DNA of 64,000 bases, from NCBI GenBank assembly GCA_963799845.1, contig CAWCYI010000006.1, forward strand, positions 928,001 to 992,000, in the 5' to 3' direction. The position numbers and the translations under genes are program-made. This DNA is from an uncultured Nitrososphaerota archaeon. GTDB taxonomy: Archaea; Thermoproteota; Nitrososphaeria; Nitrososphaerales; CADDZS01. Shown here one piece after another: positions 42,484-53,091 of the stretch (positions are counted from its first letter, which is position 1; every line of letters begins with the position of its first letter). The notes below the pieces were generated by a model that saw only the letters and a program-made list of their open reading frames with translations, did no database searches and had not been told where the DNA came from.

Positions 42484-42876
42484 TTACTTCCATTCCCAGA
42501 CCTTGGTACTGAACTCGTTTGTGGCAAGATTTAACTCGCCCTCCCAAATGCCCACAACCTTGTTCAGTCTTTCAAATCTCTTCGAAGTTGTCCAAAAGCA
42601 GCTAGCTCCGCGAATGTGCCTACCATCTTTGTCAGTCCATGAAACTCCAGTGTGCTCAGCTGTCACCACTTCACCATCCTTTGACGTAAGAATGCCGCTT
42701 CCCTCGACTGAGGATGTTCCATCGGGTCTTGGTTCCGAAGTGAGAGTGAGAAGATGCGTTGTCTCTATGCCGAGCAGTTTACCCATCCCCTGGGCATTGC
42801 TCTCGGTCCTCCCTGCTGAAAGTACTCTTATTCCCATCCCTTTTCCCTTTTCTTCGCGTATGAGTTCGCCTAACAT
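42484..42876 (-). CDS. Conserved hypothetical beta-rich protein
   Basis: MLGELIREEKGK..G.RVL...LNKVVGIWE...KVWEWK. Confidence 0.65.
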   Translation of the reverse strand: MLGELIREEKGKGMGIRVLSAGRTESNAQGMGKLLGIETTHLLTLTSEPRPDGTSSVEGSGILTSKDGEVVTAEHTGVSWTDKDGRHIRGASCFWTTSKRFERLNKVVGIWEGELNLATNEFSTKVWEWK

Positions 42877-43047
42877 GTTAGGGATTCTACTCTCCTTCGC
42901 ACTAGAACCAGATCGGAGCCGCGTGAATCTTTCCATCCTCATTGTGGATGCAAAGAGTTGCGATCGGCGCTTGTCTAAGAAAAGTTTCCAATTCCGCTTG
43001 AGTGAGAGGGGGCTCTTGAAATACCAAATTATTTTTCCCCAATCTCA

Positions 43048-44396
43048 TTATTTTATGATGACGGTCGTATTCCCAGAGACTACGTGTGCATGCCCCTGAA
43101 AGTTGACGATTGCCTCTCCCGGAATGTAAGTGATTATTTCGACCTTTATCGGGACATGGTTGAAAGAGTTTGAAACTATGTTGGTCGTGAAAGGAGTACT
43201 GTCCGAAAGGAAGACCCCGGCATTAACGACCGCTGTTCCAATCGGGCTTCCGGAGAAGCTATTACCGGCCACCTTGTAGGTTCCAGCTCCGTCTTCTGTG
43301 GACACTGCTACAAAAGTAGAATCGGTGATCTTGTTGTTCAATACAGAAGTTGTGTCCGCAAAGACACTGATGCCGAGGTCATTATCCGCTAGTGTGTTAT
43401 CCCTCAAGATTGTCCCTGCCGCTGACGCGGAAGTGAGGATTCCCGATGCTTGAAACTCCGTAACGAGATTGGGGCCGCAAATGGCATTAGTGCATATATT
43501 GCCGCTGGCAGAATTATAGGCAACGTTAGCTGACGGCCCCTCCAAGAATAGCAATCCCCGCGGGCGCTGTAGTGGGCGAGTACGGAGAGTAGAATGACAC
43601 TTTGTTGTTGCTTATCATGCAAGTTTGCAGAGGACCCCAGCAACCGATCCCGAACTCTCCGTAATTAGGAATGAAATTATTGGATAAAGTGACAGTCTCG
43701 GCAGGCGAGAGGTTGTTGTTAATGTCGACGTCAATGCCTCCGCCATCTCCGCAACCATCCTGGGCAAGCGGCATATACATATTCTTGATCGTGTTGTCTG
43801 TGATCGAGCCGGATGCACCGTCAAAGTTTATTCCGGCAAAATCTGCATAGCAAAGCGGATAATTATTGATAGAAGAACGAGCTCCATCGCCATCGATTAC
43901 TAGGTTTCTAATGTTGATGTTCTTCAGCGTTGCACCGGTGCCATTGTTGCCCGCTAGGATTATGGCCGCTTGAGCAAAAGTGCAACAATTGAGAATAGTA
44001 TCATAGTTATTTACAACGACCGACGAGGGATCAATTACTGTAGGATTTGCCAATGTACCCCTTCCCATCAACGAAATTCCTCCCCTGGAAGTAATGTTTA
44101 GCTGCTCAGGAAAAATTCCCGAACCAACACAAACTGTAATCGATGAGATTTTGCTCTTCAGCTGCTGCATTTAGGGCAAGCTGTATCGCATCATTCTTAG
44201 GATTTTCATGACTCACAGTAATCCCACAAGAACTACTCGAAGTGGAGAGGGTACTCGAAGAGACGTTTTCAGAAGAAACACCGTTTGAAAAAGCGAAGGA
44301 GATTAGTGAAATCGACGACGATGCAAATAGTAGGAAGAGAAGAGCCATTGTTACGAGAACGCCTGTTTTTTTGATTTCTTGACGATTACCATTCAT
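43048..44396 (-). CDS. Secreted right-handed beta-helix protein (three frameshifted pieces)
   Basis: Signal peptide, IQLALNAA, G.FPEQL.I, Asn-ladder repeats. Confidence 0.7.
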
Positions 44397-44437
44397 GGAT
44401 TGACGTCGACTCCACGGATAAGAAAGATACGATTGCC

Positions 44438-45160
44438 CTACCACGGCGACTCTAAAGTCCCTTGCATTATCCAACAGGCTTTGCCAGTGAGGTCTCCCGA
44501 AGGTGGAGCGATCAAATCCGCGTTCTGCGGTAAAATTCCCGTGGAACCCGGAAAATCTTCGGAGCCCGGAGCCGTGGCGATCGGGGCGAACCCTTGAAGC
44601 ACCGTATGGCCCTTCGCACCGGCTAGTTGGCCAGTGCCGCCCGTAAATTTCAACTCGTAATGGATTCCAAGGAAAGTGGCATTTGCCGGATTGGAGCTGA
44701 GATAGCCATTGACCGAGGAGGTCACGGTGCTAGCCCCGTTGGCAGTAGTGATGGTCTGCGCTCCGGCCACCGTGTAGGGCCGAGTGGATGAACCCGTCGA
44801 GGTTACTACAAGATCGAAATGGACTGTGCAGTCGCCCAGGGAAGACACCTGCACGACGCCGTCCACAGTATGCGTAAATTCCTGAGGACTCGTACTAGGG
44901 ACCGGGACCAGGATGAAAGTCGTGCCCGCATGCGCGAAAAATATCTGCGTGCTTAAAGTGGAGGATAATTTACTACTGCTCGTTTGTGTTCCTTGAGTGG
45001 CTGCAGCAGCCCTCAAAGGAGAGAGTATGTTGGCGCCACTTGCTACAACCGCCACGCCAGCAGCTCCCAGTGCAGCGTATTCCAGAAATTTTCTGCGTGT
45101 CGAATTAGAAATAGTTTCAGAGTCTTCTTTCGTATTTTCCGTCATACTAATCTTCAGCAT
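44438..45160 (-). CDS. Tat-exported hypothetical protein
   Basis: TRRKFLEY twin-arginine motif; FTGGTG..AGAKG. Confidence 0.7.
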   Translation of the reverse strand: MLKISMTENTKEDSETISNSTRRKFLEYAALGAAGVAVVASGANILSPLRAAAATQGTQTSSSKLSSTLSTQIFFAHAGTTFILVPVPSTSPQEFTHTVDGVVQVSSLGDCTVHFDLVVTSTGSSTRPYTVAGAQTITTANGASTVTSSVNGYLSSNPANATFLGIHYELKFTGGTGQLAGAKGHTVLQGFAPIATAPGSEDFPGSTGILPQNADLIAPPSGDLTGKACWIMQGTLESPW

Positions 45161-45209
45161 CCCCTTTCTTTTGATTTCTTAGATCTCATTGCTGCAGCTC
45201 TAATAGTAG

Positions 45210-45758
45210 TTAGACCAGCCCGACCGCCAATTCTGCACTGACGCCGGTGGGGCATGATGCGACTTCAAAATACTCGGCACAATTGAAGATGAGTGCATGA
45301 CCCGGGATACCGGTGTCGAAGGTAAAGTGACTGCGAGTAGTCGTCGCATGATTTCCGGCAACGACGGTTGTGGTGTTAAGTCCCGATAGTACAAAGTTAC
45401 CGTCTGCTCCGACCACCCAACTTCCTACCCAGTTGGTTGTGTATGTGTATGCAACCTGTCCCTTCGCATTCCATTGCTCGCCAAACCAGACAACTGTCTG
45501 ATGGCCGTCCTTGTACAGTGCAGCTCCGATATTTGCAGTCCAACTCGGTCCTGGAGTGGCGGGAGGAATGGTGTATCCGTGCTCCCCAAATGGTCCGCAA
45601 AAGGTTGGATTGAAGCATGCTATGTTGATCGAGATCAGATACTCTGGTCGTTGCTGAGTCGATGCGCTCGCGAAAGAGAGTGCCACGAAAGAGAGAGCGA
45701 AGATGGACGTGATTGATATTAGTCCTATTTTTCTTGCCGTAACTTTCAGATTAATCAT
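45210..45758 (-). CDS. Secreted hypothetical protein
   Basis: Signal peptide ...LSFASA; paired Cys. Confidence 0.65.
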   Translation of the reverse strand: MINLKVTARKIGLISITSIFALSFVALSFASASTQQRPEYLISINIACFNPTFCGPFGEHGYTIPPATPGPSWTANIGAALYKDGHQTVVWFGEQWNAKGQVAYTYTTNWVGSWVVGADGNFVLSGLNTTTVVAGNHATTTRSHFTFDTGIPGHALIFNCAEYFEVASCPTGVSAELAVGLV

Positions 45759-45772
45759 GACCCAAGATAGAA

Positions 45773-45800
45773 GTGGACAAATACTTGGGTATTTTTCCAC
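45773..45800. promoter_or_regulatory. Palindromic operator, copy 1
   Basis: GTGGACAAATACTTGGGTATTTTTCCAC about 15 bp upstream of the ATG. Confidence 0.7.
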
Positions 45801-45862
45801 CTCATCGAGCTAATTTTTCACGGGTCACACAAATGACAATTCAAAGCTGACAGTTTAAGTTC

Positions 45863-46354
45863 TCAAATTGGAAGACCCTTCGTTCCTGAGCTAAATACTG
45901 GTTTCGCAGAGACCGCGAGACCTACAAAAAGGAAGATAATTAATATCGCGGCGTAGCCAACATGTGAAAAATTCGTGTCACCTATCGAAACATGGGCAAT
46001 TAGTGCAGAGACAAACAGACCAATCGACCAGAGAGCGGTCAAGCCCCAAGCAAGCTTGGAACCCTTTGAGATTTCAAACCAAGCCAATATGGCTACCATC
46101 GCGGGAACGAGGAATATCGCAGAGCCGTACAATACTGAGTCGTGCCAGAAGAGATTTGCTAATTTTGGTTGAGTCAACAACAACTGGGTATACGTTGTCC
46201 CCGCATACGATGCTTCTCCCCACAGGGGGATGAGCGTGTCGATAACACCGTAAACCATGAACGCCACGCTTGCGAAGAACGTTATCATCCATCCAGCTTT
46301 GAGGTATCTGTCGAGTGATCGTTGGTCTTTGACACCAGCTAGATCCTCCTACAT
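45863..46354 (-). CDS. 4-TM membrane protein (start uncertain)
   Basis: ORF 45863-46288, in frame with an upstream ATG at 46354 that is followed by TAG. Confidence 0.65.
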
Positions 46355-46371
46355 ATCTTGCCAAAGATCGG

Positions 46372-46399
46372 GTGGACAAATACTTGGGTATTTTTCCAC
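46372..46399. promoter_or_regulatory. Palindromic operator, copy 2
   Basis: Identical 28-mer. Confidence 0.7.
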
Positions 46400-46541
46400 G
46401 CACACTAAATTCGATTAATTTTTGCCCTCTTTACTTCACATGAATTTGTCACGAGCATTGATCACAGAGAGATCGTGGAGGTGGGCAAATCAAGATCATA
46501 AAGAACCTTGTGAGATGAAACTTGCGCACATCGTCGCAATC

Positions 46542-48974
46542 CTATTTTAGGACTCGGGCCTTCATATCGGAAAGCTCTTGCACATAGTTTCTCACTTCGT
46601 CGCGGTCGTAATTAATTCTGAATCGTGTTACTTCGCCTCCCCTCCCCCGCTCGCCTGGAAAAGACTTTGCAATGACGAGATGACTCGAAACAAGCTCCCG
46701 GATCGCTGGAGTGGAGCCCACTTGTCCACCAATCTTGCCGTACAATGTGGACCTGGCCAATCCGACGTTTTTGGCAAGGTCTCCCAGAGTCCGCCAGCCT
46801 GACGAACCAGGATTGAGATCCTTGACTCCATGATCTTGAATGTACGAATCGACCAAAAAGTCAAAGATGGTTCTAGTTTTTACCTCTGCAAATTCTGGCA
46901 CTCGAATAGTCGCTTTCATCGTCTTCCGCCACCGGTCGCACCCTTCTTGGTCCAACCTTGCCCCAAGTCGGGAAAAGATCTCTTTCGCGTTACCGCTGTA
47001 TCTTTTTGCATTAATCGGATCGTGGATTTTATGATAAACTACCGCCAACTCTAACGCAGTCCTTGCTTCCTCGTACGGCCAACCGAGCTCTTGCCAACAC
47101 TCCATGCTCTTTTCCAGCGATTGGATGGCCTTTTCAAAATCCATCTGATTTGACGCAAGAATGCCTTCAGCTCTAAATGAGTAGGCGAAAGCCCAATTCT
47201 CGTCGATTATTTTTGCGCTCTCTTTCATCTCGCTAAGATGGGTTAATGCTTGCTCCAGTGAGCTCCTCTTTTGAGATCTAATTCAACCATGGCCGAGAGC
47301 AATTCGATAAAGTGTAACCCAACCTCCACAACAAGGCCGCACCTTTTGGCTAGCTCATAGCCCTGATCCAAATATTTTCCTGCTTCTTCGAAATTATTTT
47401 TCGCGGTGTACAGACGCCCAAGATAGAGGTAGGGAGCGATTCTTAATACAAGAGCCCCAAAACCCTTCGTGATGGCTACGACGCTCTTGAGATGAGTCTC
47501 AGCTGAGATCAAGATCTCCTCGATTAACGAGCAAACAACCCAGTGTAACTGTGCCAATTAATCTGACCAGAGAAGGAGCAGCTGGCATACTTGTTACGGA
47601 TTCATAGAGTTTTGTTGCTATTTCGTTTGCTTTGTCCCAGTATCCAAGCCTTGAATAAACTTCGGACACAAGCATAGAGGTCAGCCATAATTCAATTGGC
47701 GAAAACCCCACTTTCGATGCATATTCGAGACCTTCAACGAATAGACGTTCGGCGTCTTTGGATGCTCCCCTTACGAGGACGTTAAAGACTGCCCTGTGAA
47801 AATATCCATACGATGCTATTTGGAAGTAGTCGTGTTCCAACGCTAGTTGCAGACCTTTATCGATTGATTCCAGTGCTTGATTTTTCATTGAGAAGGGGAA
47901 ACCAGCAACTAGTTGATACCCCATGGACTCGGTCTCGAAAACCTTCGATTTCTTGGAAAGGATCATCGCTTCTTCTAACAATTCACTTCCTCCACCCACA
48001 TCCCCATCCCAAAATTTGATCACGGATAGGTTCATGAGTACATCCGAGAGCGATCCATCTGAAGTTCCGTTGTCCAAGAGACTCTTCGCCCTCTCGTAAG
48101 AGGCGAGGGCATTCACCTTGTCATAAGCGCCCAGATGGTACATCAACCCCAACTTACTCCAGAAAGAACCCGCCCTAATTTTATCTCCAAGATCCTCGTA
48201 AAGCTTGGCCGTTTCAGTCCAGTACTTCACGGTGTCGCCGGACTGACCTAGATACCACTTCTGGATGGCCAGCTGTTCGAGAACTTCGCCCTTCTTTACC
48301 AGTTCGTCGTGCAATAGTACCGTCCCAGATAGTATTTTCAATGCTTCCTCAAAGTGCCTACAGGCTACATGATGTGCGTAAAGTTCAGACGCATTCTTCC
48401 CTGCGATAATGTACTGTTCCAAAGCTTTGGCAGCAGAGCCCCCGAGCTGAAAATGAAAAGCTAAATTTGCCGAATGCTGCCCTAGTGCTTCACTCCCCAT
48501 TTGGGAAAAAGTTTGCTCAAGAATTTGAGCTACTCGCAAATGATAATCTTGTCGCTTTATCGGATTGAGTTCGCCATACAATACTTCTCTTACTGATTCG
48601 TCCGAAAAGAAATATCTCGATCCTACAACACTTTTACTATCAGTTTTCAGTCTGAACACTAGTCTGGATTTCAGAGCCTTCTCCGTTTGAGCATGCAACT
48701 CTTCCGGTTTGATTTCATGTAATACCTTTTCTAAAAAATCAAAATCAAAGCTTTCACCGATAACCGAAGCGGTTCTTAGTACTTCACGGGTCTCTCGGTC
48801 TAATCGTTGCAACCGCTGTCGGATAACTTCGACTATATTCTGCGGAATTTCAATTTTCGAGATGGGCCTCCTCTCCCATTGACCCTTGTCGTTGGTAAAA
48901 ATGTCTCTTTTTTCGAAAAGGGATTTTAATACCTCTTCAATGAATAGAGGGTTACCCTGCCGGAGTCGTGCCAC
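46542..48974 (-). pseudogene. STAND/AAA-type TPR regulator with a C-terminal wHTH; N-terminal ATPase missing, frameshifted
   Basis: Begins at GNPLFIEEVL, LRTASVIGESF, LAFHF; ends GWRTL..TLYG..GERGRGGEVTRFRI. Confidence 0.75.
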
Positions 48975-49024
48975 CAGCCATTACATTTGCTTGGATCAAT
49001 ATTAGCAAAGGTCAAATTTTCGTG

Positions 49025-49050
49025 TGCGGGGGGTGGGACCCGTTGCACGT
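49025..49050 (+). repeat. Degenerate repeat copy
   Basis: TGCGGGGGGTGGGACCCGTTGCACG. Confidence 0.5.
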
Positions 49051-49206
49051 ACTGCTCCCCAAAGACGTATCTCCAAAACGCAGTTCAATTTTCTAGTCCG
49101 AAAAGTAGCAATTGGGGAGCCGTTCGTTGTGGAAAATATTTCCTGCAAACCCAACAATTGGATCGGATGGGAATCAGAAATCTTCTACCATAGAGTTTTT
49201 GAGAGC

Positions 49207-50271
49207 CTAGATCGGCTTCGCTGGCTGGAATTCTGATCGGTAAGGAAACAATGCTGGAACGCCACCCGTGTGCATGAAGCATACTGTCTCGTCTTTCTTG
49301 AATTCCCCACCTTTTACAGAATCTATTATGAACGCCAATGTCTTTGCCGTGTAAACTGGATCGATGATCAGGCCTTCCTTCCTTGCAACGAGCCGCAGTG
49401 CATTGTTTGAAGACTTTGTCGGAAATCCGTAACCCTTTCCGGCATATTCGTCTCTTACGTCCACATCCTTTTTTTGAAGTTCTACATTAGTTCCGAATAG
49501 CCTGGAAGCTCCTGATGCAGTCTCGAGGATGGTTTCGGTGACCTTGCTTGTCTCGTAAGCGCCGATGTTGATCCCTATTACTCTAGTCTTCAGGCCCAGC
49601 ATCTTGGCACCCAGAGCGAGACCCGCGTGGGTCGGCCCGGAACCATTGGCAACTACGATCGCATCAATTTGTATTCCAGCTTTGTTCACTTGCTTTTGCA
49701 TTTCGAAAACACATTCTGCATAGGCGGCAGCTGCAGGTGGAGAGGAGGACATCTTTGGCCCTAACACGATGGGGTTGAACCCCTTTTTTCGCAGCTTCTT
49801 TGCCTCCTCCTGGAGGTATACCTCGGGGTCTTCGTCGATTCCCATGTCAACTATTCTAATGTCTGCGCCCATTATGTGGTCCAGGAGGATATTGCCATCC
49901 AAGACTTTTGGCTTCTTTTTGAATTGGGCGGTTCGAAGAACGAGAGACGGTTTCATTCCAAGTTTGATCGCAGCTGCGACGGTTTGCCTCGACCAATTGG
50001 ATTGAATACCGCAGGTCGTGATCACAGCGTCAGCTTTCTTTTTCTTTGCCTCAACAAGAAGATAGTCTAGAACTCTCGTCTTATTTCCTCCCATCGCGAG
50101 TCCAGTCATATCTTCCCTTTTCACATACAATCTTCCCCCACCCAATTCATCCGATAACCTTGGCATCGACTCGAGCGGAGTTGGGAAGTTTCCAATTCCT
50201 AATCGTTCTAATTGTCGGTACTCCAAATCTTCTTTCGGGACGATACCTGTTATCGTACAGTATTTAGGCAT
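49207..50271 (-). CDS. D-cysteine desulfhydrase/ACC deaminase family PLP enzyme
   Basis: KREDMTGLAMGGNKTR, QSNW, DPVYTAK, HTGG. Confidence 0.9.
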   Translation of the reverse strand: MPKYCTITGIVPKEDLEYRQLERLGIGNFPTPLESMPRLSDELGGGRLYVKREDMTGLAMGGNKTRVLDYLLVEAKKKKADAVITTCGIQSNWSRQTVAAAIKLGMKPSLVLRTAQFKKKPKVLDGNILLDHIMGADIRIVDMGIDEDPEVYLQEEAKKLRKKGFNPIVLGPKMSSSPPAAAAYAECVFEMQKQVNKAGIQIDAIVVANGSGPTHAGLALGAKMLGLKTRVIGINIGAYETSKVTETILETASGASRLFGTNVELQKKDVDVRDEYAGKGYGFPTKSSNNALRLVARKEGLIIDPVYTAKTLAFIIDSVKGGEFKKDETVCFMHTGGVPALFPYRSEFQPAKPI

Positions 50272-50338
50272 TAGAGTAATATCTAGATCTGAACTAAATT
50301 TCTTTAAATAAATCCCGATAAACTTCTGATGTTCAAGC

Positions 50339-52408
50339 TTGTCATCCCAATTCAAACATCTGTTTACTCCAATCGATGTCGGTCCCGTTCGTCTCAGAAA
50401 CAGAATCTCTGTTACTCCACATGCAACCATGTTTACATCTGACGCAAGAGACAACCTCCCTGGAGAGATGCTAGCTAACTACTGCGCTGAAAGGGCAAAG
50501 GGGGGAGTAGCTCTTGTTGAGATCTCGATGGCAATTGTCAGTAAGGAAGTTGGTCAGACCGCTCCGGATACCGATGCACACTTTAGTCATTTGAGCGGCG
50601 GCCACCCGATGATCCTCACCGGACGGTGGCCCCTTCGCGCTACCGACCCGCGGATTGTCTACGGATACTCGAAGCTCGCAAGGAAAGTGCATGAATACGG
50701 AGCAAAGTGTTTCATCGAGCTCGCTTCCGGCGGCACAAACGTCGGTAACGACAAGGGAGTTTCTAGGTTCCCGTGGCCCTCTCGCCCAATTCACGTCTTA
50801 CCAATTACTCCACGCGAGATGAACGAAGAAGACATCGAGTCACAGATCGAGGCATATGGTTACGGAGCAAAGCTCGTAAAAGACTCCGGTCTGGATGGAG
50901 TCGACCTACACGGCACGCACGGTGCCCTAATTTCCGAATTTCTTTCTCCGCTGATGAACCGGAGAAACGACCGGTGGGGCGGCTCACTGGATAATCGCAT
51001 GCGCTTCCTGGAACTTGTGATCAAAAGGATCAGGGAAAACGTGGGCAGCGACATCGCGCTGGGCATGCGGCTTATCGGGTACGAGCGGTTCGAGGGTGGA
51101 AATTCCCCGAAAGACGCCGCTGAAATTGCGAGAAGACTAGACGGCAAGATCGACTGGATCACCGCGGACCAGGGCTACTCGCCACAACAGGAAGCGTGGC
51201 AGGCAGTCCCGATGTACGTCGAGAGCGGTTACAATCTGGGGATCACAGATGCCGTGAAATCTTCTGTCCAGAAAACAAAGGTCTGCATCGTCGGCAAGTA
51301 CGTGGACGTGACGTATGCGGAGAGCCTCATTGCAAGCGGCAAAGCGGATATTGTTGCGATGACAAGGGCCCTGATCGCTGATCCGGAGCTCCCGAACAAG
51401 GCGATGGAGGGCAGGATTGACGAGATCCGACCGTGCATAGGAGTGCTCCAGGATTGCTGGGGGAGGATGATCCGCGGACTGCCGATCTCCTGCACCGTCA
51501 ACCCGGTCGTCAGCAGGGAAAAGGAGTGGGGCATCGGGACGATCAAAGAGGCACCGGTCAGGAAAAAAATCTTGGTGATCGGCGGGGGAATCGCTGGACT
51601 GGAATTTGCAAGGCTAGCTGCTGAAAGGGGACACGAAGTCGTGATCTACGAAAAGTCAACAAGCAGTGGCGGGCTCGCCATGACAGCCGCCAAGCTCCCG
51701 GGCCGCGAGAACATTCGCGCGATAGTAAGCTGGTTATCAGATCAGGTAAAGCGAGCCGGCGTGGAAGTAAAGTACGGTCTGGAGGTGACGCAGGACCCAG
51801 ATGTCATCGAATACGTCCTCGGTGAAGAAAAAGCTGACGCGGTCGTCATCGCAACAGGATCAAATCCTATTCGCTCCGGCTTCCAGCCGTATACCATGAA
51901 CGAAATCCGCGGCTGGGATCAACCGATCGTCTGCACTGATCAGGACGTTATCGAGCGAAAAACAGTTTTAGGGCATAGAGTAATCGTCGCCGATACACTC
52001 AGTTTCATTGAAGCTCCCGGAGTCGCCGAGTACATCGCAAAGCAGGGGCGGGAGGTCGAAGTGGTCACTCCGCTTGAGAACATCGCCCTGGAGCTAGATC
52101 TCTACAACCATCTCGAGCACGTGCTTCCTCGAATATTTGCTGCCGGTGTCAAGATATCTCCCTACACATGGGTCAGGAGAGTCGAGGGAAGAAAGGTTAC
52201 TCTTTACAACATCTACTACGAGCGAGAGGAGAGAGTCGAGGAAGTCGATAACCTCGTCCTGATCACCGGGCGAATGCAGAACGATTCACTGTACACCGCT
52301 TTCGTCCGAAAAGCGAAAGAAGTTTACCTGATCGGCGATGCGAGAATTGGCGGAGCGCGTATCGGAAACGCGATGTACGACGCGGGGAAACTGGCGAGAG
52401 AAATTTAG
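50339..52408 (+). CDS. NADH:flavin oxidoreductase (OYE TIM barrel + FAD domain)
   Basis: ERAKGG, HGTHGALISEFLSP..N.R.D.WGG, RALIADP, IGGGIAG. Confidence 0.9.
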   Translation: MSSQFKHLFTPIDVGPVRLRNRISVTPHATMFTSDARDNLPGEMLANYCAERAKGGVALVEISMAIVSKEVGQTAPDTDAHFSHLSGGHPMILTGRWPLRATDPRIVYGYSKLARKVHEYGAKCFIELASGGTNVGNDKGVSRFPWPSRPIHVLPITPREMNEEDIESQIEAYGYGAKLVKDSGLDGVDLHGTHGALISEFLSPLMNRRNDRWGGSLDNRMRFLELVIKRIRENVGSDIALGMRLIGYERFEGGNSPKDAAEIARRLDGKIDWITADQGYSPQQEAWQAVPMYVESGYNLGITDAVKSSVQKTKVCIVGKYVDVTYAESLIASGKADIVAMTRALIADPELPNKAMEGRIDEIRPCIGVLQDCWGRMIRGLPISCTVNPVVSREKEWGIGTIKEAPVRKKILVIGGGIAGLEFARLAAERGHEVVIYEKSTSSGGLAMTAAKLPGRENIRAIVSWLSDQVKRAGVEVKYGLEVTQDPDVIEYVLGEEKADAVVIATGSNPIRSGFQPYTMNEIRGWDQPIVCTDQDVIERKTVLGHRVIVADTLSFIEAPGVAEYIAKQGREVEVVTPLENIALELDLYNHLEHVLPRIFAAGVKISPYTWVRRVEGRKVTLYNIYYEREERVEEVDNLVLITGRMQNDSLYTAFVRKAKEVYLIGDARIGGARIGNAMYDAGKLAREI

Positions 52409-52421
52409 CCTAGAATATCCC

Positions 52422-53087
52422 CTATTTTTCCACGGCATCGAAAACACTCGCGTTGCCCACCACCATAGAACCCACCTTGTTTTCTATCGAGTACCTCTTT
52501 TCGCAACGCGAAATTATCTCCGAGGCATGTCTTTCCGGAAGCACGACCACTCCGTCACCGTCGCCCAGGACAAGATCACCTGGATTCACTTTTACTCCGC
52601 CACAGTTTATCTCCAGGTCGTACTTTACGTACTCCAGTCGTCCCTTCGCATCCAGCGGCGTGATATTTCGCGCGAACACCTGAAACGGCGGTTTGATATT
52701 CAGTATTCTCGGTGTGTCTCTTACAGCGCCGTCCGTAACCACTCCACGCGCGCCCCGGGTGCGTGCAGTCTTGCTCATTATCTCTCCCCACGTCGCGATC
52801 GAATCAGATCCCTCGCTGTGTACCAAATAGATCGTTTGAGGCCCGCCGGTCTCGAGAAATTCCAGCATGACCTTCGCCCAGTCAATGAACTCTTTTTTTG
52901 TGTACCGCGCGTACTTGACAGCAAGTGCGGTGACGGCCTCGCCGGCGATCTTGACCGATGGATGGAGCGGGCGTATGGAAAGGTCGAGTACGTACCCCCG
53001 AAGATCCATCTCGTCCATAATATCGGAGACCAGCGTGCTGTACAGTCTTTCCAGTCTGTCGACCAGAGTGCTACCTTTTCTCGGCAT
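52422..53087 (-). CDS. RraA/HMG aldolase-like protein
   Basis: LVSDIMD, WGEIMS, DGAVRD, PGDLVLGDGDGVV. Confidence 0.88.
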   Translation of the reverse strand: MPRKGSTLVDRLERLYSTLVSDIMDEMDLRGYVLDLSIRPLHPSVKIAGEAVTALAVKYARYTKKEFIDWAKVMLEFLETGGPQTIYLVHSEGSDSIATWGEIMSKTARTRGARGVVTDGAVRDTPRILNIKPPFQVFARNITPLDAKGRLEYVKYDLEINCGGVKVNPGDLVLGDGDGVVVLPERHASEIISRCEKRYSIENKVGSMVVGNASVFDAVEK

Positions 53088-53091
53088 GAGC

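Noticed and set aside
46349-52424. In-frame TAG codons (ATG-TAG at 46354; EK*GIF at the RraA C-terminus) hinting at amber recoding
   Set aside because: There are only two cases, many other genes use TAG as a normal stop, and no pyl genes are present. Point error or mutation is more likely.
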